Assembly (NCBI GenBank): GCA_902796325.1
Contig: CADBOM010000195.1
Coordinates: 1 to 43,590, forward strand
Direction: 5' to 3'
Origin: an uncultured Coriobacteriaceae bacterium
GTDB lineage: Bacteria; Actinomycetota; Coriobacteriia; Coriobacteriales; CADBOM01
DNA: 43,590 nt
The notes under the pieces are model-generated. The model had not been told where the DNA came from. It saw only the letters and a program-made list of their open reading frames with translations, and did not search any database. Positions 1-8,799 of the stretch are shown here, one piece after another. The translations under genes and the position numbers were made by a program. The first letter of the stretch is position 1; the number at the start of each line of letters is the position of its first letter.

Positions 1-368
1 CCGCATCTGCTCAGGGCAGACATGTAGTTGGCAATATCCTTGCGGTCGATTCCGTCAACACTGCGTACGCCGCCTTCGTAAACATAGGCGAGATATCTTC
101 TGACATCTCTCAGATAAGCTTCCAAGGTGTTGTCCGATGCGCCCTTCTCAAGCAGCAGGTATGCCGAATATTCGGAAAAGGCTTCTTCGAATTCCCTGGG
201 CACCTCCCCATCCAGATACTTGGCATCTGCGTTGTTCTGCAGGATATTGTTCTGGCTGCCTTTGTGTCCTTTGCGTCCGCGACCCCTCCCTGGATGCAGG
301 TTTTGAGAGGCGGACGCCATACTCTCGCCGATGGGTGGTTTCTCGTTTCTTTCCGAATCCGTTGTCAT
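1..368 (-). CDS. xerD: Site-specific tyrosine recombinase, XerD/XerC-type (5' part only; runs off the window edge)
   Basis: Not in the ORF track; translated by hand from ATG at 368: MTTDSERNEK...FSEYSAYLLLEKGASDNTLEAYLRDVRRYLAY...IDRKDIANYMSALSRC. This matches the Xer N-terminal YLxxE(R/K)GxSxNTxxAYxxD pattern. ATGA overlap with the upstream stop codon (365-368). XerD versus XerC cannot be settled without the catalytic domain. Confidence 0.75.
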   Translation of the reverse strand, partial: MTTDSERNEKPPIGESMASASQNLHPGRGRGRKGHKGSQNNILQNNADAKYLDGEVPREFEEAFSEYSAYLLLEKGASDNTLEAYLRDVRRYLAYVYEGGVRSVDGIDRKDIANYMSALSRC

Positions 369-1735
369 AAGGCCCTGCCTCCTTGCCGTCTGTAACTTGC
401 TATCATCTTCGCCATGCCTATGCCGGAGCAATACGCGCTCCAGAAGAACTCCGGATCCTGTTCGAAGGTCCTTCCCATGGTCTTGATTTCTATGCCTCTG
501 GTATCTATCGGGTTACCATCCGGGTTTCCGTAAACCGCGTTGGGATCGATCGAATCGTCATCAATCTGATTGTCGTTGGCCCAACTTGTCTCAGACTGAC
601 TGGCTTCGATCGCATCGCTGGCATTGCTGATATCGGCCGGATTCTCTTGAGGGCACTCCTCAATGCCGATGTGCAAGCTGTTCGGCCTTGCCAGCACCAT
701 CATCTTCACGTCGTGCTTGCGAATTATCCCGGATTCTTCCAGCTGTTTGCCAACCAGCTCCATCTGGTCTTGGTCCATCGTATTCGGGATGAAGATGGTC
801 GCCTTTGCGAGCGCGAGCTTTCCCATGGCGGTTGCAAAATGGTGGCTAACCCCGTAGTGCCTTTCGCGTTTGTCGGCAAACGAGATTCGCGCAACAGCAA
901 CCGGGTTTGCCCCCAATGCCGCTGCGGCGTTTACGGCCTCTGCCTGCGCCACTCCGCCGTTGCCGAGTGCCGTGCCGGTTCCAACGATTCCCGGGCCCAT
1001 GGAAACTATCACGGCATCGGCGTCGAGAACGCACTTGCATGCTTGCAGTGCCGAATGCAGCGTGACCGCCTCCAGGTTTCCACCCATTGCCTGCCCGCAG
1101 GTGATCGTGAGGTTCACCAAGCCTTTATCCACTGCGGATGTGGCCAGCTTGGAAAACGGCAGCATGAGAGATGCCTGGTCGGTCATCACATACACGATCT
1201 TGGCATCGGACATCTCGCGTCTTATTCCTGCGGCAACGAGAGGGAACTGACTGTGCAGCCCGCAGCATGCAACCGGAAGTCCATCCAGGTTCTGTGACTT
1301 CTCCATGGAATCATGAAATGGAGATTCCGGATCTTCGATGCAGTTGACGTTGGTCTGCATCGGGGTATATCTGAGCTTCATGATGTGCCCGCGGAACTGC
1401 TGGGGGAGAAAGCCCTTTGAGGAATCGCACCGTTCATCTTCGGTTGCGCGCGGCACCTCCGAGCTTGCAACGTTTGTTACGCTTGCGGTGCTTGCGGTAA
1501 AACGCTCGATTACGAAATCGTAGCCGCCCGTGCCAAGCGAGAGGTTTGCAGCTGTGGTGTTAACCAATACCACGTCGCCCACGCTGCATGCCCCAGAAAG
1601 ATCCTTGTAGCACATGGCTTTGCGAACTCGGGCTTCTGCTTCTTTAGCGTCAGTGGTGCCGGTTTCGATATCGAGAACCTGAATCTTCTGGTTCTCGTAG
1701 ATGATTGCCCGTACTGTGGCAGTTTCTTTGTCCAT
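365..1735 (-). CDS. DUF3866-like conserved hypothetical protein
   Basis: Motifs VLVNTTA..LSLGTGGYDFV, GHIMKLRYTPMQ, LHSQ, TITCGQAMGGNLEAV, GPGIVGTGT and RISFADKRERHYGVSHH. Start moved from 1813 to ATG 1735, which follows a strong AAGGAGG RBS. Carries two low-complexity insertions. Confidence 0.8.
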   Translation of the reverse strand: MDKETATVRAIIYENQKIQVLDIETGTTDAKEAEARVRKAMCYKDLSGACSVGDVVLVNTTAANLSLGTGGYDFVIERFTASTASVTNVASSEVPRATEDERCDSSKGFLPQQFRGHIMKLRYTPMQTNVNCIEDPESPFHDSMEKSQNLDGLPVACCGLHSQFPLVAAGIRREMSDAKIVYVMTDQASLMLPFSKLATSAVDKGLVNLTITCGQAMGGNLEAVTLHSALQACKCVLDADAVIVSMGPGIVGTGTALGNGGVAQAEAVNAAAALGANPVAVARISFADKRERHYGVSHHFATAMGKLALAKATIFIPNTMDQDQMELVGKQLEESGIIRKHDVKMMVLARPNSLHIGIEECPQENPADISNASDAIEASQSETSWANDNQIDDDSIDPNAVYGNPDGNPIDTRGIEIKTMGRTFEQDPEFFWSAYCSGIGMAKMIASYRRQGGRAL

Positions 1736-1889
1736 CGGCACCTCCTTACGCGTGCTCATGTTTCCATAAGTATTGCACATTAGTAGACATAATGAGCTAA
1801 GCAAAATTATCAAATGTCAATGTTTTTGGTGCGAGTGTATACGGGCGTATGAAAACTTGTCTGAGCAACCGCCTCGGGGTGTTGGAATG

Positions 1890-1967
1890 CGCGCAATCTG
1901 GTCATGCAATTTGGTCGCGCAATCTTGCCACGCGGTCTTGTCACGCAAACTGGTCACGCAGACAGCT
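1890..1967. repeat. Imperfect 13-bp tandem repeat, about 6 copies (consensus CACGCAATCTGGT)
   Basis: Units CGCGCAATCTGGT, CATGCAATTTGGT, CGCGCAATCTTGC, CACGCGGTCTTGT, CACGCAAACTGGT, CACGCAGACAGCT. Confidence 0.85.
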
Positions 1968-1980
1968 TCCGATCTGCGCC

Positions 1981-2053
1981 TCCCATTTTGTCCCATCTTC
2001 CCACTGTGTCCCATGTTTCCCACCTTGACCCACAGAACATGAATTCATCCCAC
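1981..2053 (-). repeat. Array of seven RTGGG(A/T) boxes at about 10-bp spacing (MraZ-box-like)
   Basis: On the + strand TCCCA/ACCCA at 1981, 1991, 1999, 2009, 2018, 2028 and 2048. Confidence 0.75.
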
Positions 2054-2379
2054 CGAACATGAATCGGGCGCAGGCAACGAGCCCGATGAAATCATCCATC
2101 TGGATTTCTCATACAGCTTTCACAATCTCGCACGCATGATTTGGCATTTATGAAGATTTAATGCGGAAAAGTTTTTCAGCGATGCTCCGAAAAAATAAAT
2201 TTTTCGCCGTTCCCGAAATTCGGCAAAACACCCCACAGTGTTGTGTATCTGAGCGGTAAATCCTGATGGTCATCCCTATATATTGTATGAGAACAGATGT
2301 TCTGTACTAAATAGGGCTTTCAGGTTGGCATATCACCGATTCCGATTGGCTCGATGGCCGTTTTCGAAAAGGTCGTGAA

Positions 2380-2457
2380 GTGGCATTCGGGTGCAAAATA
2401 ATGTCATCCAGTGGGATGAAGTGTTTGTAAAAAGTCATGCTGTGGGATAAAATCCCA
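2380..2457 (+). promoter_or_regulatory. mraZ/dcw promoter with overlapping putative MraZ operator boxes
   Basis: TTGTAA (2425-2430), 17-nt spacer, TAAAAT (2448-2453). GTG(G) boxes at 2380, 2391, 2411, 2421 and 2442, about one helical turn apart; two are GTGGGA. MraZ is known to autorepress through about 10-bp-spaced GTGG/TGGG repeats. Confidence 0.65.
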
Positions 2458-2510
2458 TTTGTCATGAATTTGAAGAGGCATACCTGGCGAAAGAGAGGGG
2501 GCAAGAGGCG

Positions 2511-2933
2511 ATGGCCTATCTGTTCGGTGAATACGAGCACACGATGGATGACAAGGGCCGCGTTTCCATGCCTGCTAGGTTTCGCAAGGAGCTTCCGAGA
2601 ACCGTGGTTCTGGCTCCAGGTCCAAATGGCCAGGTGAATGTGTTCTCAGAGGAAGGGTTTGTGGAGTGGCTCCACTCTCTATTCGAGGCGGACGGCGGTT
2701 ACAGCTCCATAAACAAGAAGCACGTGAGAGCACGCCAGTACTACAACGAGAAGGCTTGCAGCGTGGACATCGATAGCGCGGGCAGGATCAACGTTCCGGC
2801 TTCGCTTCGCGAATACGCTGGCTTGAGCAAGACCGTCCTTCTCAATGGCGATGAGGACCACGTTTGCATTTGGGACAAGGATCGTTGGAACGAGTACATT
2901 GGCGATTTCGATCCGTCCGAGATGTTCTCGTAA
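2511..2933 (+). CDS. mraZ: Transcriptional regulator MraZ
   Basis: GEYEHTMDDKGRVSMPARFR and second repeat DSAGRINVP; first gene of the dcw cluster. Confidence 0.97.
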   Translation: MAYLFGEYEHTMDDKGRVSMPARFRKELPRTVVLAPGPNGQVNVFSEEGFVEWLHSLFEADGGYSSINKKHVRARQYYNEKACSVDIDSAGRINVPASLREYAGLSKTVLLNGDEDHVCIWDKDRWNEYIGDFDPSEMFS

Positions 2934-2960
2934 CCCGGCCACGTCTTGGGATTTGAGTTC

Positions 2961-3938
2961 ATGATGCGCGACCTGAAAACCGAATATCGGCACATTCCAG
3001 TGATGGCGAACGAGGTGATCGAGAACCTCGGGCTAAAACCGTCATCGATCTTCGTGGACTGCACCCTGGGTGGTGCGGGACATTCGATCCTTGCGGCCGA
3101 GAAAATTGCCCAGAGCGGAACTCTCGTTGGAATAGACGAGGACCCAATGGCAATCAAGGCGGCATCGCAAAGGTTGGAGGAGAAGTTCCCCGGCATGGAC
3201 TTCAGGCCCATGCAGGGAGATTTCGTGGACCTCGACCAGATTTTGGTCAGGGCCCAGGTTCCGGGGATCGATGCGATTCTGTTCGACCTTGGTCTTAGCT
3301 CGCCGCAGATCGACTTTCCCGAGAGGGGCTTCTCGTACAGAGTGGACGCCCCCTTAGACATGCGGAGAAATTCGGGTAAACACACCAAAACAGCAGCAGA
3401 GGTCATAGCAACAACAAACGAAACAGACCTCGCCCGAATTATCCGAGAGTACGGGGAAGAAAAATGGGCCAACCGCATTGCCCACTTCATTGTGGAGAGG
3501 CGTGCGGAGCAGCCGATCGAGACCACGATGCAGCTTGTGGATGTTATCAAAGCGGCGATTCCGGCTTCGGCTAGGAGATCGGGCGGCCATCCGGCCAAGC
3601 GAACATTCCAAGCGCTGAGGATCGAGGTCAACCATGAGCTGGACGAGCTGGGCACCGCGTTGGACGCTGCCATCAGGTGGCTTAACCCTGGCGGCAGGAT
3701 ATGCGTGATCAGCTACCACTCGCTGGAAGACAGAATCGTGAAGGAGACCTTCGCCAACATGGCAAAGGGCTGCATATGCCCGCCGGACATTCCGGTTTGC
3801 GTTTGCGGCAACAAGCCGAAGGTGAAGATCGTCACGAGGAAGCCGATAACGCCGAGCGACGCCGAGTTGGAGGAAAATCCAAGGTCGCGGAGCGCGAAGC
3901 TCCGAGTGGCCCAGAAGCTCGACACAACCAGGGACTGA
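2961..3938 (+). CDS. rsmH: 16S rRNA C1402 N4-methyltransferase RsmH
   Basis: HIPVM, DCTLGGAGHS, DLGLSSPQID, LDMR, FQALRIEVN, ISYHSLEDRIVK, NPRSRSAKLR. Start uncertain (2946 TTG, 2961 or 2964 ATG). Confidence 0.97.
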   Translation: MMRDLKTEYRHIPVMANEVIENLGLKPSSIFVDCTLGGAGHSILAAEKIAQSGTLVGIDEDPMAIKAASQRLEEKFPGMDFRPMQGDFVDLDQILVRAQVPGIDAILFDLGLSSPQIDFPERGFSYRVDAPLDMRRNSGKHTKTAAEVIATTNETDLARIIREYGEEKWANRIAHFIVERRAEQPIETTMQLVDVIKAAIPASARRSGGHPAKRTFQALRIEVNHELDELGTALDAAIRWLNPGGRICVISYHSLEDRIVKETFANMAKGCICPPDIPVCVCGNKPKVKIVTRKPITPSDAELEENPRSRSAKLRVAQKLDTTRD

Positions 3939-3974
3939 CGGTCCCGGCAAGGCGGGCGAGGGTAGATAGCTGGG

Positions 3975-4021
3975 AGCCCATGGGGCGCATCGCTTGATGC
4001 AGGCGCCTTCACGGGCTTTTT
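3975..4021 (+). terminator. Putative intrinsic terminator after rsmH
   Basis: Interrupted stem AGCCC..GGCGC / GCGCC..GGGCT followed by a T-run. Confidence 0.5.
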
Positions 4022-4151
4022 GTTACGGCGAGGTGTTTGGCATGGGGTGCGCCGTCAATCGCAGGCGCAAGAGCAGGCATTGGTTAGCGCAGGCAAGTTA
4101 AAAACAAAACGTCTAATCGAAGATTAAACAGCAGCAAGGACGTGTATTTAG

Positions 4152-4754
4152 ATGGCAGGAGAGGCCAGAGCATATTATTCGCCAGACGAGATGGCATGTT
4201 CCGACAGGGCATATTCGTCGCCTTCCAGGAGGCGCGTTGAATCTCCAAGTCGGCAGCCGCGCATCGAGGTGCATCCTGGTCAGGGACGCAGGGCCGATTC
4301 CGCGCAGTACGCCCGCGTCATGTCGATCTTCAAGATCGCCGGCGTGGCATTGGCTCTCATCGCCGTTATCGCTGTCGCAAGGATCTGGTTTACCAGCGCA
4401 ACCATGGATGTGCTCACGCAGTCCGATGCCGTGGCGTCTTCGATAGAGGATGCCAGGCAGCAAGGGTCTTCCCTCGAGATGCAGTATTACTCGCTTGCAA
4501 ACCCATCGAAGGTCAAGGAGTATGCGAGCACGTCTCTTGGAATGTCTGCAAATACGGAGGCTGCAGTTGTGATCGACTTTACTCCGAGCTTCGTCGGCAG
4601 TTCCGTGACGGGTGCTGTGGAGAAGGCCCAGCTTGGTAACCAGACGCTGCAGAATCAGGCGGCGGCCGCAGCTGCACAGCAGCAGGCTCAGTTTGAGACG
4701 CAGCAGGCCCAGGCCAGAGCCGTTGGCTCCCTTGTAACCGGGGGCGCACAGTAA
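4152..4754 (+). CDS. ftsL: Cell division protein FtsL-like
   Basis: Position between rsmH and the PBP gene; one TM segment (IAGVALALIAVIAVARIWF); coiled-coil ending LANPSKVKEYASTSLGM; Q/A-rich tail. Confidence 0.75.
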   Translation: MAGEARAYYSPDEMACSDRAYSSPSRRRVESPSRQPRIEVHPGQGRRADSAQYARVMSIFKIAGVALALIAVIAVARIWFTSATMDVLTQSDAVASSIEDARQQGSSLEMQYYSLANPSKVKEYASTSLGMSANTEAAVVIDFTPSFVGSSVTGAVEKAQLGNQTLQNQAAAAAAQQQAQFETQQAQARAVGSLVTGGAQ

Positions 4755-4769
4755 AGTTTTGCTGAGGTG

Positions 4770-4820
4770 AGCGCTGGGTTCGGTGGGAAATGATTTTCCT
4801 GCCGGTCCGGCGCTGTTTTT
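4770..4820 (+). terminator. Putative intrinsic terminator after ftsL
   Basis: Long stem AGCGCTGG..CGGTGGGAAA / TTTCCTGCCG..CCGGCGCT followed by GTTTTT. Confidence 0.6.
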
Positions 4821-4923
4821 ATATAGGCGATATGGGCGCTTTTGCGCGACATACGTGTGATTTTTATAAGACCGCATGCCATTACGACGGGCGGTTGGAT
4901 GAGGTATCTGGGAAAATATCCAT

Positions 4924-7131
4924 ATGGCTAACAGATATTCCGACAACAACCATGGAAACCGTAGCCGCGGGAGCAGGGATGGGCGGTCGAGCTCTAACGG
5001 CGGTCGCTACGGTAGCAGCTCCCGCGATTACCGTGACAGCTACCGCAGTTCACGCGACAGCTACCGAGATTCCAGAAATTCCTATGGCAGCGGAAGCGGA
5101 TATGATAGCGATTATGACGAGAGGCGCGCCAGCCGCGCGAGCAGCCGCAACCGCAGCAGCCGTGGCAATCGAGACCGCTACGGAGATTCCAGCAGGAGCA
5201 GCCGTTCCCGCGTAAGTTCGAGGAATGGATATTCCGAGTCTAGAAGTTCGCGGGGCAGCAGCTCGCGGGGAAGCAGCTATCGAGGCTCCGACAACTCCCG
5301 TGGCGCGGGCCGCGGCGACAATCGCGATCGCACGAGCAGGTCTTACGGCTCCACTTCCAGATACGATGGCGGGAGCTCGAAAGGTCGCATAGAGAGCGCG
5401 ATTTTCAACGACGAGAAAGCCATCAAGAATTCAAACCGCGCTCCATGGATCCTGGTGTTCTTCCTGGTGTTTGCGGCAATCCTCTTTGGAAGGCTGTTCT
5501 TCCTCCAGGTAATCGTGGCTGGAGATTACAGCTCGCAGGCGCATGCGAGGATGACCGACGACAGCGTGGTGTACGCCAAGAGGGGCACCATCTACGACAG
5601 GAACGGCAATGTTCTTGCCACGAGCGTTCAGGCAACCTCTATCTACTGCAATCCAAAAGAGGTAACCGATGCCCAGCAGGCCTCGCAAATCCTAGCCGAG
5701 ATACTCGGCGGCGATCAGCAGGAATACCTTGACGACCTCACCAAGGACAGCACGTTCGTGTACATCCTCAGGAAGGGCGATTCCGAGAAGGCCGAGCAGC
5801 TCAAGAACAAGTACACCGAGCTGCAGCAGCAAATCGATGCCGAGCCCGTTGCCGAAGGCCAGGAGGCTAGGTCGAACCCGCTTACGGGAATTCACTATCT
5901 CGACGATATGAAGAGGGTGTACCCATACGGGCGCGTGGCCGGCCAGGTAATTGGCTACGTTGGAACCGATGGCGATGGCTTGTCGGGCTTGGAGCTGGAG
6001 TACAACGACATTCTCAAGGGAACCAATGGCCACAGGGTGGTGGAGTATGGCAAGGGTGGAATAGCCATACCCGGTGGAACCAAGGTGGACGAAGAGGCCG
6101 TTGATGGCCAGGACATCATGATATCGATCGACATTGACCTTCAGCAGCATGCCGAGGAGCAGCTCGCGGCATATGCGGCCGAGGGTGGAACCAACAACGC
6201 CAGCATCATCATCGAGGAGGGCTCCACGGGAGAAATCTATGCTGCCGCCTCGCTTCCTTTCTACGACCTCAACGATGTGTCGAATGCCGAGGAGGGCGCG
6301 TCGTCGCTCAAGGCCATCTCCACGATTTACGAGCCAGGATCCGTTTTCAAATCGGTTACCGCAGCTGCGCTTCTAGAAGAGGGCAAGGCCACCCCTAGCG
6401 AGGGGTTGTACGTTCCCCCGTCTCTCAAATATGGCGATAGGACCATCACCGACGCCCATGCCCACGGCGGCGAGTACCTCACGTTCCAACAGGTGCTGGA
6501 GCAATCGTCCAACATCGGAATCAGCCTCTTGGAGGAGCGCTTGGGAGATGCCACGTTCTACTCATATCTCACCAAGTTCGGGTTTGGCAGCGCCACGGGC
6601 GTGGATTACCCGGGAGAGTCGGCCGGAATCCTGCAGGAATACTCCAACTGGTCCGATGTCCACGAGGCCAACATCTCGTTTGGACAGGGCATCAGCGTAA
6701 CATCCATGCAGATGGTGTCTTTCTACAGCATGGTTGCCGCTGGTGGCACGTATGTGAAGCCGCATTTTCTCATCGGGTATCCAAGCTCCAACCAAACTGT
6801 GGAATACGACAAGACCCAGGTGCTCAGCCAGAGCTCCTGCGACCAGCTTACCCAGATGCTCATCGGCGTTGTTGAGAACGGAACCGGTAAGGCCGCCGCA
6901 ATCCAAGGGTATGACGTGGCTGGCAAAACCGGTACCTCGCAGAAGGTGCTAGACGACGGATCGTATTCGGACAACCAGTACTGGATCGATTTCGATGGAT
7001 TCATCGCCAACACCGACAGCACCCTTGCCTGCGTGGTGATGATGGACAATCCGTCGACATCTGCGGCAATGCCAACCTTCAGGGGAGTCATGGGATACGT
7101 TGCCACGAAGTACGGCTTGGTTGCCAAGTAG
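4924..7131 (+). CDS. ftsI: Class B penicillin-binding protein (FtsI/PBP3) with long R/S/G-rich N-terminal tail
   Basis: TM anchor; RGTIYDRNG, RVYPYG, GLSGLE; catalytic SxxK (EPGSVFK), SxN (QSSNIG) and KTG (AGKTGTSQ). No PASTA domain apparent. Confidence 0.93.
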   Translation: MANRYSDNNHGNRSRGSRDGRSSSNGGRYGSSSRDYRDSYRSSRDSYRDSRNSYGSGSGYDSDYDERRASRASSRNRSSRGNRDRYGDSSRSSRSRVSSRNGYSESRSSRGSSSRGSSYRGSDNSRGAGRGDNRDRTSRSYGSTSRYDGGSSKGRIESAIFNDEKAIKNSNRAPWILVFFLVFAAILFGRLFFLQVIVAGDYSSQAHARMTDDSVVYAKRGTIYDRNGNVLATSVQATSIYCNPKEVTDAQQASQILAEILGGDQQEYLDDLTKDSTFVYILRKGDSEKAEQLKNKYTELQQQIDAEPVAEGQEARSNPLTGIHYLDDMKRVYPYGRVAGQVIGYVGTDGDGLSGLELEYNDILKGTNGHRVVEYGKGGIAIPGGTKVDEEAVDGQDIMISIDIDLQQHAEEQLAAYAAEGGTNNASIIIEEGSTGEIYAAASLPFYDLNDVSNAEEGASSLKAISTIYEPGSVFKSVTAAALLEEGKATPSEGLYVPPSLKYGDRTITDAHAHGGEYLTFQQVLEQSSNIGISLLEERLGDATFYSYLTKFGFGSATGVDYPGESAGILQEYSNWSDVHEANISFGQGISVTSMQMVSFYSMVAAGGTYVKPHFLIGYPSSNQTVEYDKTQVLSQSSCDQLTQMLIGVVENGTGKAAAIQGYDVAGKTGTSQKVLDDGSYSDNQYWIDFDGFIANTDSTLACVVMMDNPSTSAAMPTFRGVMGYVATKYGLVAK

Positions 7132-7275
7132 GAGCGGCTAATGATTTCTGCTTGGGTGCTTGTGGAATGAAGCAAATGTGCCAAACATGGCACGCTTAGA
7201 TAAACGAGAATGTAAGAGGTTTCCAAAGGAAATCGAGAGAAACGCCTTCGGGGGCAAACGAAAAGAGGATGCATC

Positions 7276-8796
7276 ATGGGCCAGGAAACAAAAATCAAGG
7301 TTTCAGATCTTCTTGCAGACGTGTCGTTTAAGGCATTGGGAGATCCCGATGCAGAGGTTACGGGCATCGCGTTCAGCTCCAATATGGTGAAGCCGGGCGA
7401 TGTGTTCTTCTGCGTGCAGGGCTTCAAGAGCGACGGTCACAAGTACGCGCCGGACGCGGTGTCGAAGGGTGCCAGCGCTCTCGTGGTACAGCGCAAGCTC
7501 GACCTAGACGTTCCGCAGTTCGAGGTGGAGGATTCCAGGTCTGCCCTCGCACTGGCATCGGCTAGGTTCTATGACATCCCGTCGTCGAAGATGAAGGTAG
7601 TTGGTGTTACCGGCACGAACGGAAAGACCACCACCACATATCTCGTAGATTGGGTTGCGAAGTCGTTTGGTGAGAAAACCGGAATTATAGGCACTGTTGA
7701 AACCAGGATCGTGGACCAGAAGATCCACGCCGACCACACCACGCCGGAGTCGCTCACCTTGCAGGAGCTTTTCTCCCAGATGGTCGATGCCGGCTGCACC
7801 GAGGTGGCCATGGAGGTGTCGAGCCACGCAATCGACCTGCACAGGATCTTGGGAACCAAGTTTGCGGTTGTGGCCTTCTCCAACCTTACGCAGGACCACC
7901 TGGACTACCACAAGACAATGGAGAACTACTTCAATGCCAAGGCGGCCCTGTTCACAAAGGAGTACTCCAACAAGGCTGCCATCGACATCGACGGAAGCTA
8001 TGGAGTGGAGCTGGCAAAGCGCGCGAAGAACAACGGGCTCGATGTTGTAACCGTTGGGTTCTCGGAAGATGCCGACATCAAGGTCGCGAACGTGGACTAC
8101 TTCTCAACCCACACCTCGCTCGATATCGACGCATTCGGCAAGTCATACAAGATCGACTACCCGCTGATCGGGCACTTCAACGTTGAGAACATGCTGCTGT
8201 CCATCGGCATCTGCTACCAGCTCGGCTACCCGCTGGAAGAGGTTTGCAAGGCCATGGAGAACGCTCCGCAGGCACCCGGAAGGCTGGAGAGGGTTACCGC
8301 TGGCGGCATGAGCGTGAAGGAACTGCACTCCAAGCTGGGGTTCTCCGTGTTCGTGGATTACGCCCACACTCCAGATGCCATCGAGAACGCCATCGGGGCT
8401 GTTAGGCCCATTACCGACGGCAGGCTCATCATCGTGTTCGGATGCGGCGGCGACCGCGATAGGACCAAGCGTCCCAAGATGGGTGCTGCGGCATGCGCGG
8501 CCGACCACCTGGTGGTTACGAGCGATAACCCCAGGACCGAAGATCCCATCAAGATTATCGAGGACATCATCCCGGGTCTTACCGAGGGCGAGGGTCGCTA
8601 CGAGGTGCTGCCCGACAGGCGCGAGGCCATAAGGAGTGCCATCAGGTATGCGAAGCCCGGCGACTCCGTGCTTATCGCCGGCAAGGGACACGAAGATTAC
8701 CAGCTGGTTGGAGACAAGGTTCTTTCGTTCGACGACAGGGTGGTTGCAGCCGAGGAGCTGGAATCGCTTATGAACGACAACGACAAAGAGGAGTAG
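7276..8796 (+). CDS. murE: UDP-MurNAc-L-Ala-D-Glu--meso-diaminopimelate ligase
   Basis: GVTGTNGKTT, TTPES, MEVSSH, NLTQDHLDYH, DYAHTPD, FGCGGDRD, GKGHE; DNPR motif typical of meso-DAP specificity. Confidence 0.97.
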   Translation: MGQETKIKVSDLLADVSFKALGDPDAEVTGIAFSSNMVKPGDVFFCVQGFKSDGHKYAPDAVSKGASALVVQRKLDLDVPQFEVEDSRSALALASARFYDIPSSKMKVVGVTGTNGKTTTTYLVDWVAKSFGEKTGIIGTVETRIVDQKIHADHTTPESLTLQELFSQMVDAGCTEVAMEVSSHAIDLHRILGTKFAVVAFSNLTQDHLDYHKTMENYFNAKAALFTKEYSNKAAIDIDGSYGVELAKRAKNNGLDVVTVGFSEDADIKVANVDYFSTHTSLDIDAFGKSYKIDYPLIGHFNVENMLLSIGICYQLGYPLEEVCKAMENAPQAPGRLERVTAGGMSVKELHSKLGFSVFVDYAHTPDAIENAIGAVRPITDGRLIIVFGCGGDRDRTKRPKMGAAACAADHLVVTSDNPRTEDPIKIIEDIIPGLTEGEGRYEVLPDRREAIRSAIRYAKPGDSVLIAGKGHEDYQLVGDKVLSFDDRVVAAEELESLMNDNDKEE

Positions 8797-8799
8797 CTT

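Noticed and set aside
1-368. Prophage or integrative-element integrase
   Set aside because: No phage, conjugation or att-like context; it is coupled to a conserved chromosomal gene and looks like housekeeping Xer.
1817-2023. 68-aa ORF with MG-repeat N-terminus (MGNMGHSGKMGQNG)
   Set aside because: A by-product of the TGGGA DNA repeats, whose 8-10-bp spacing does not keep frame; no RBS seen.
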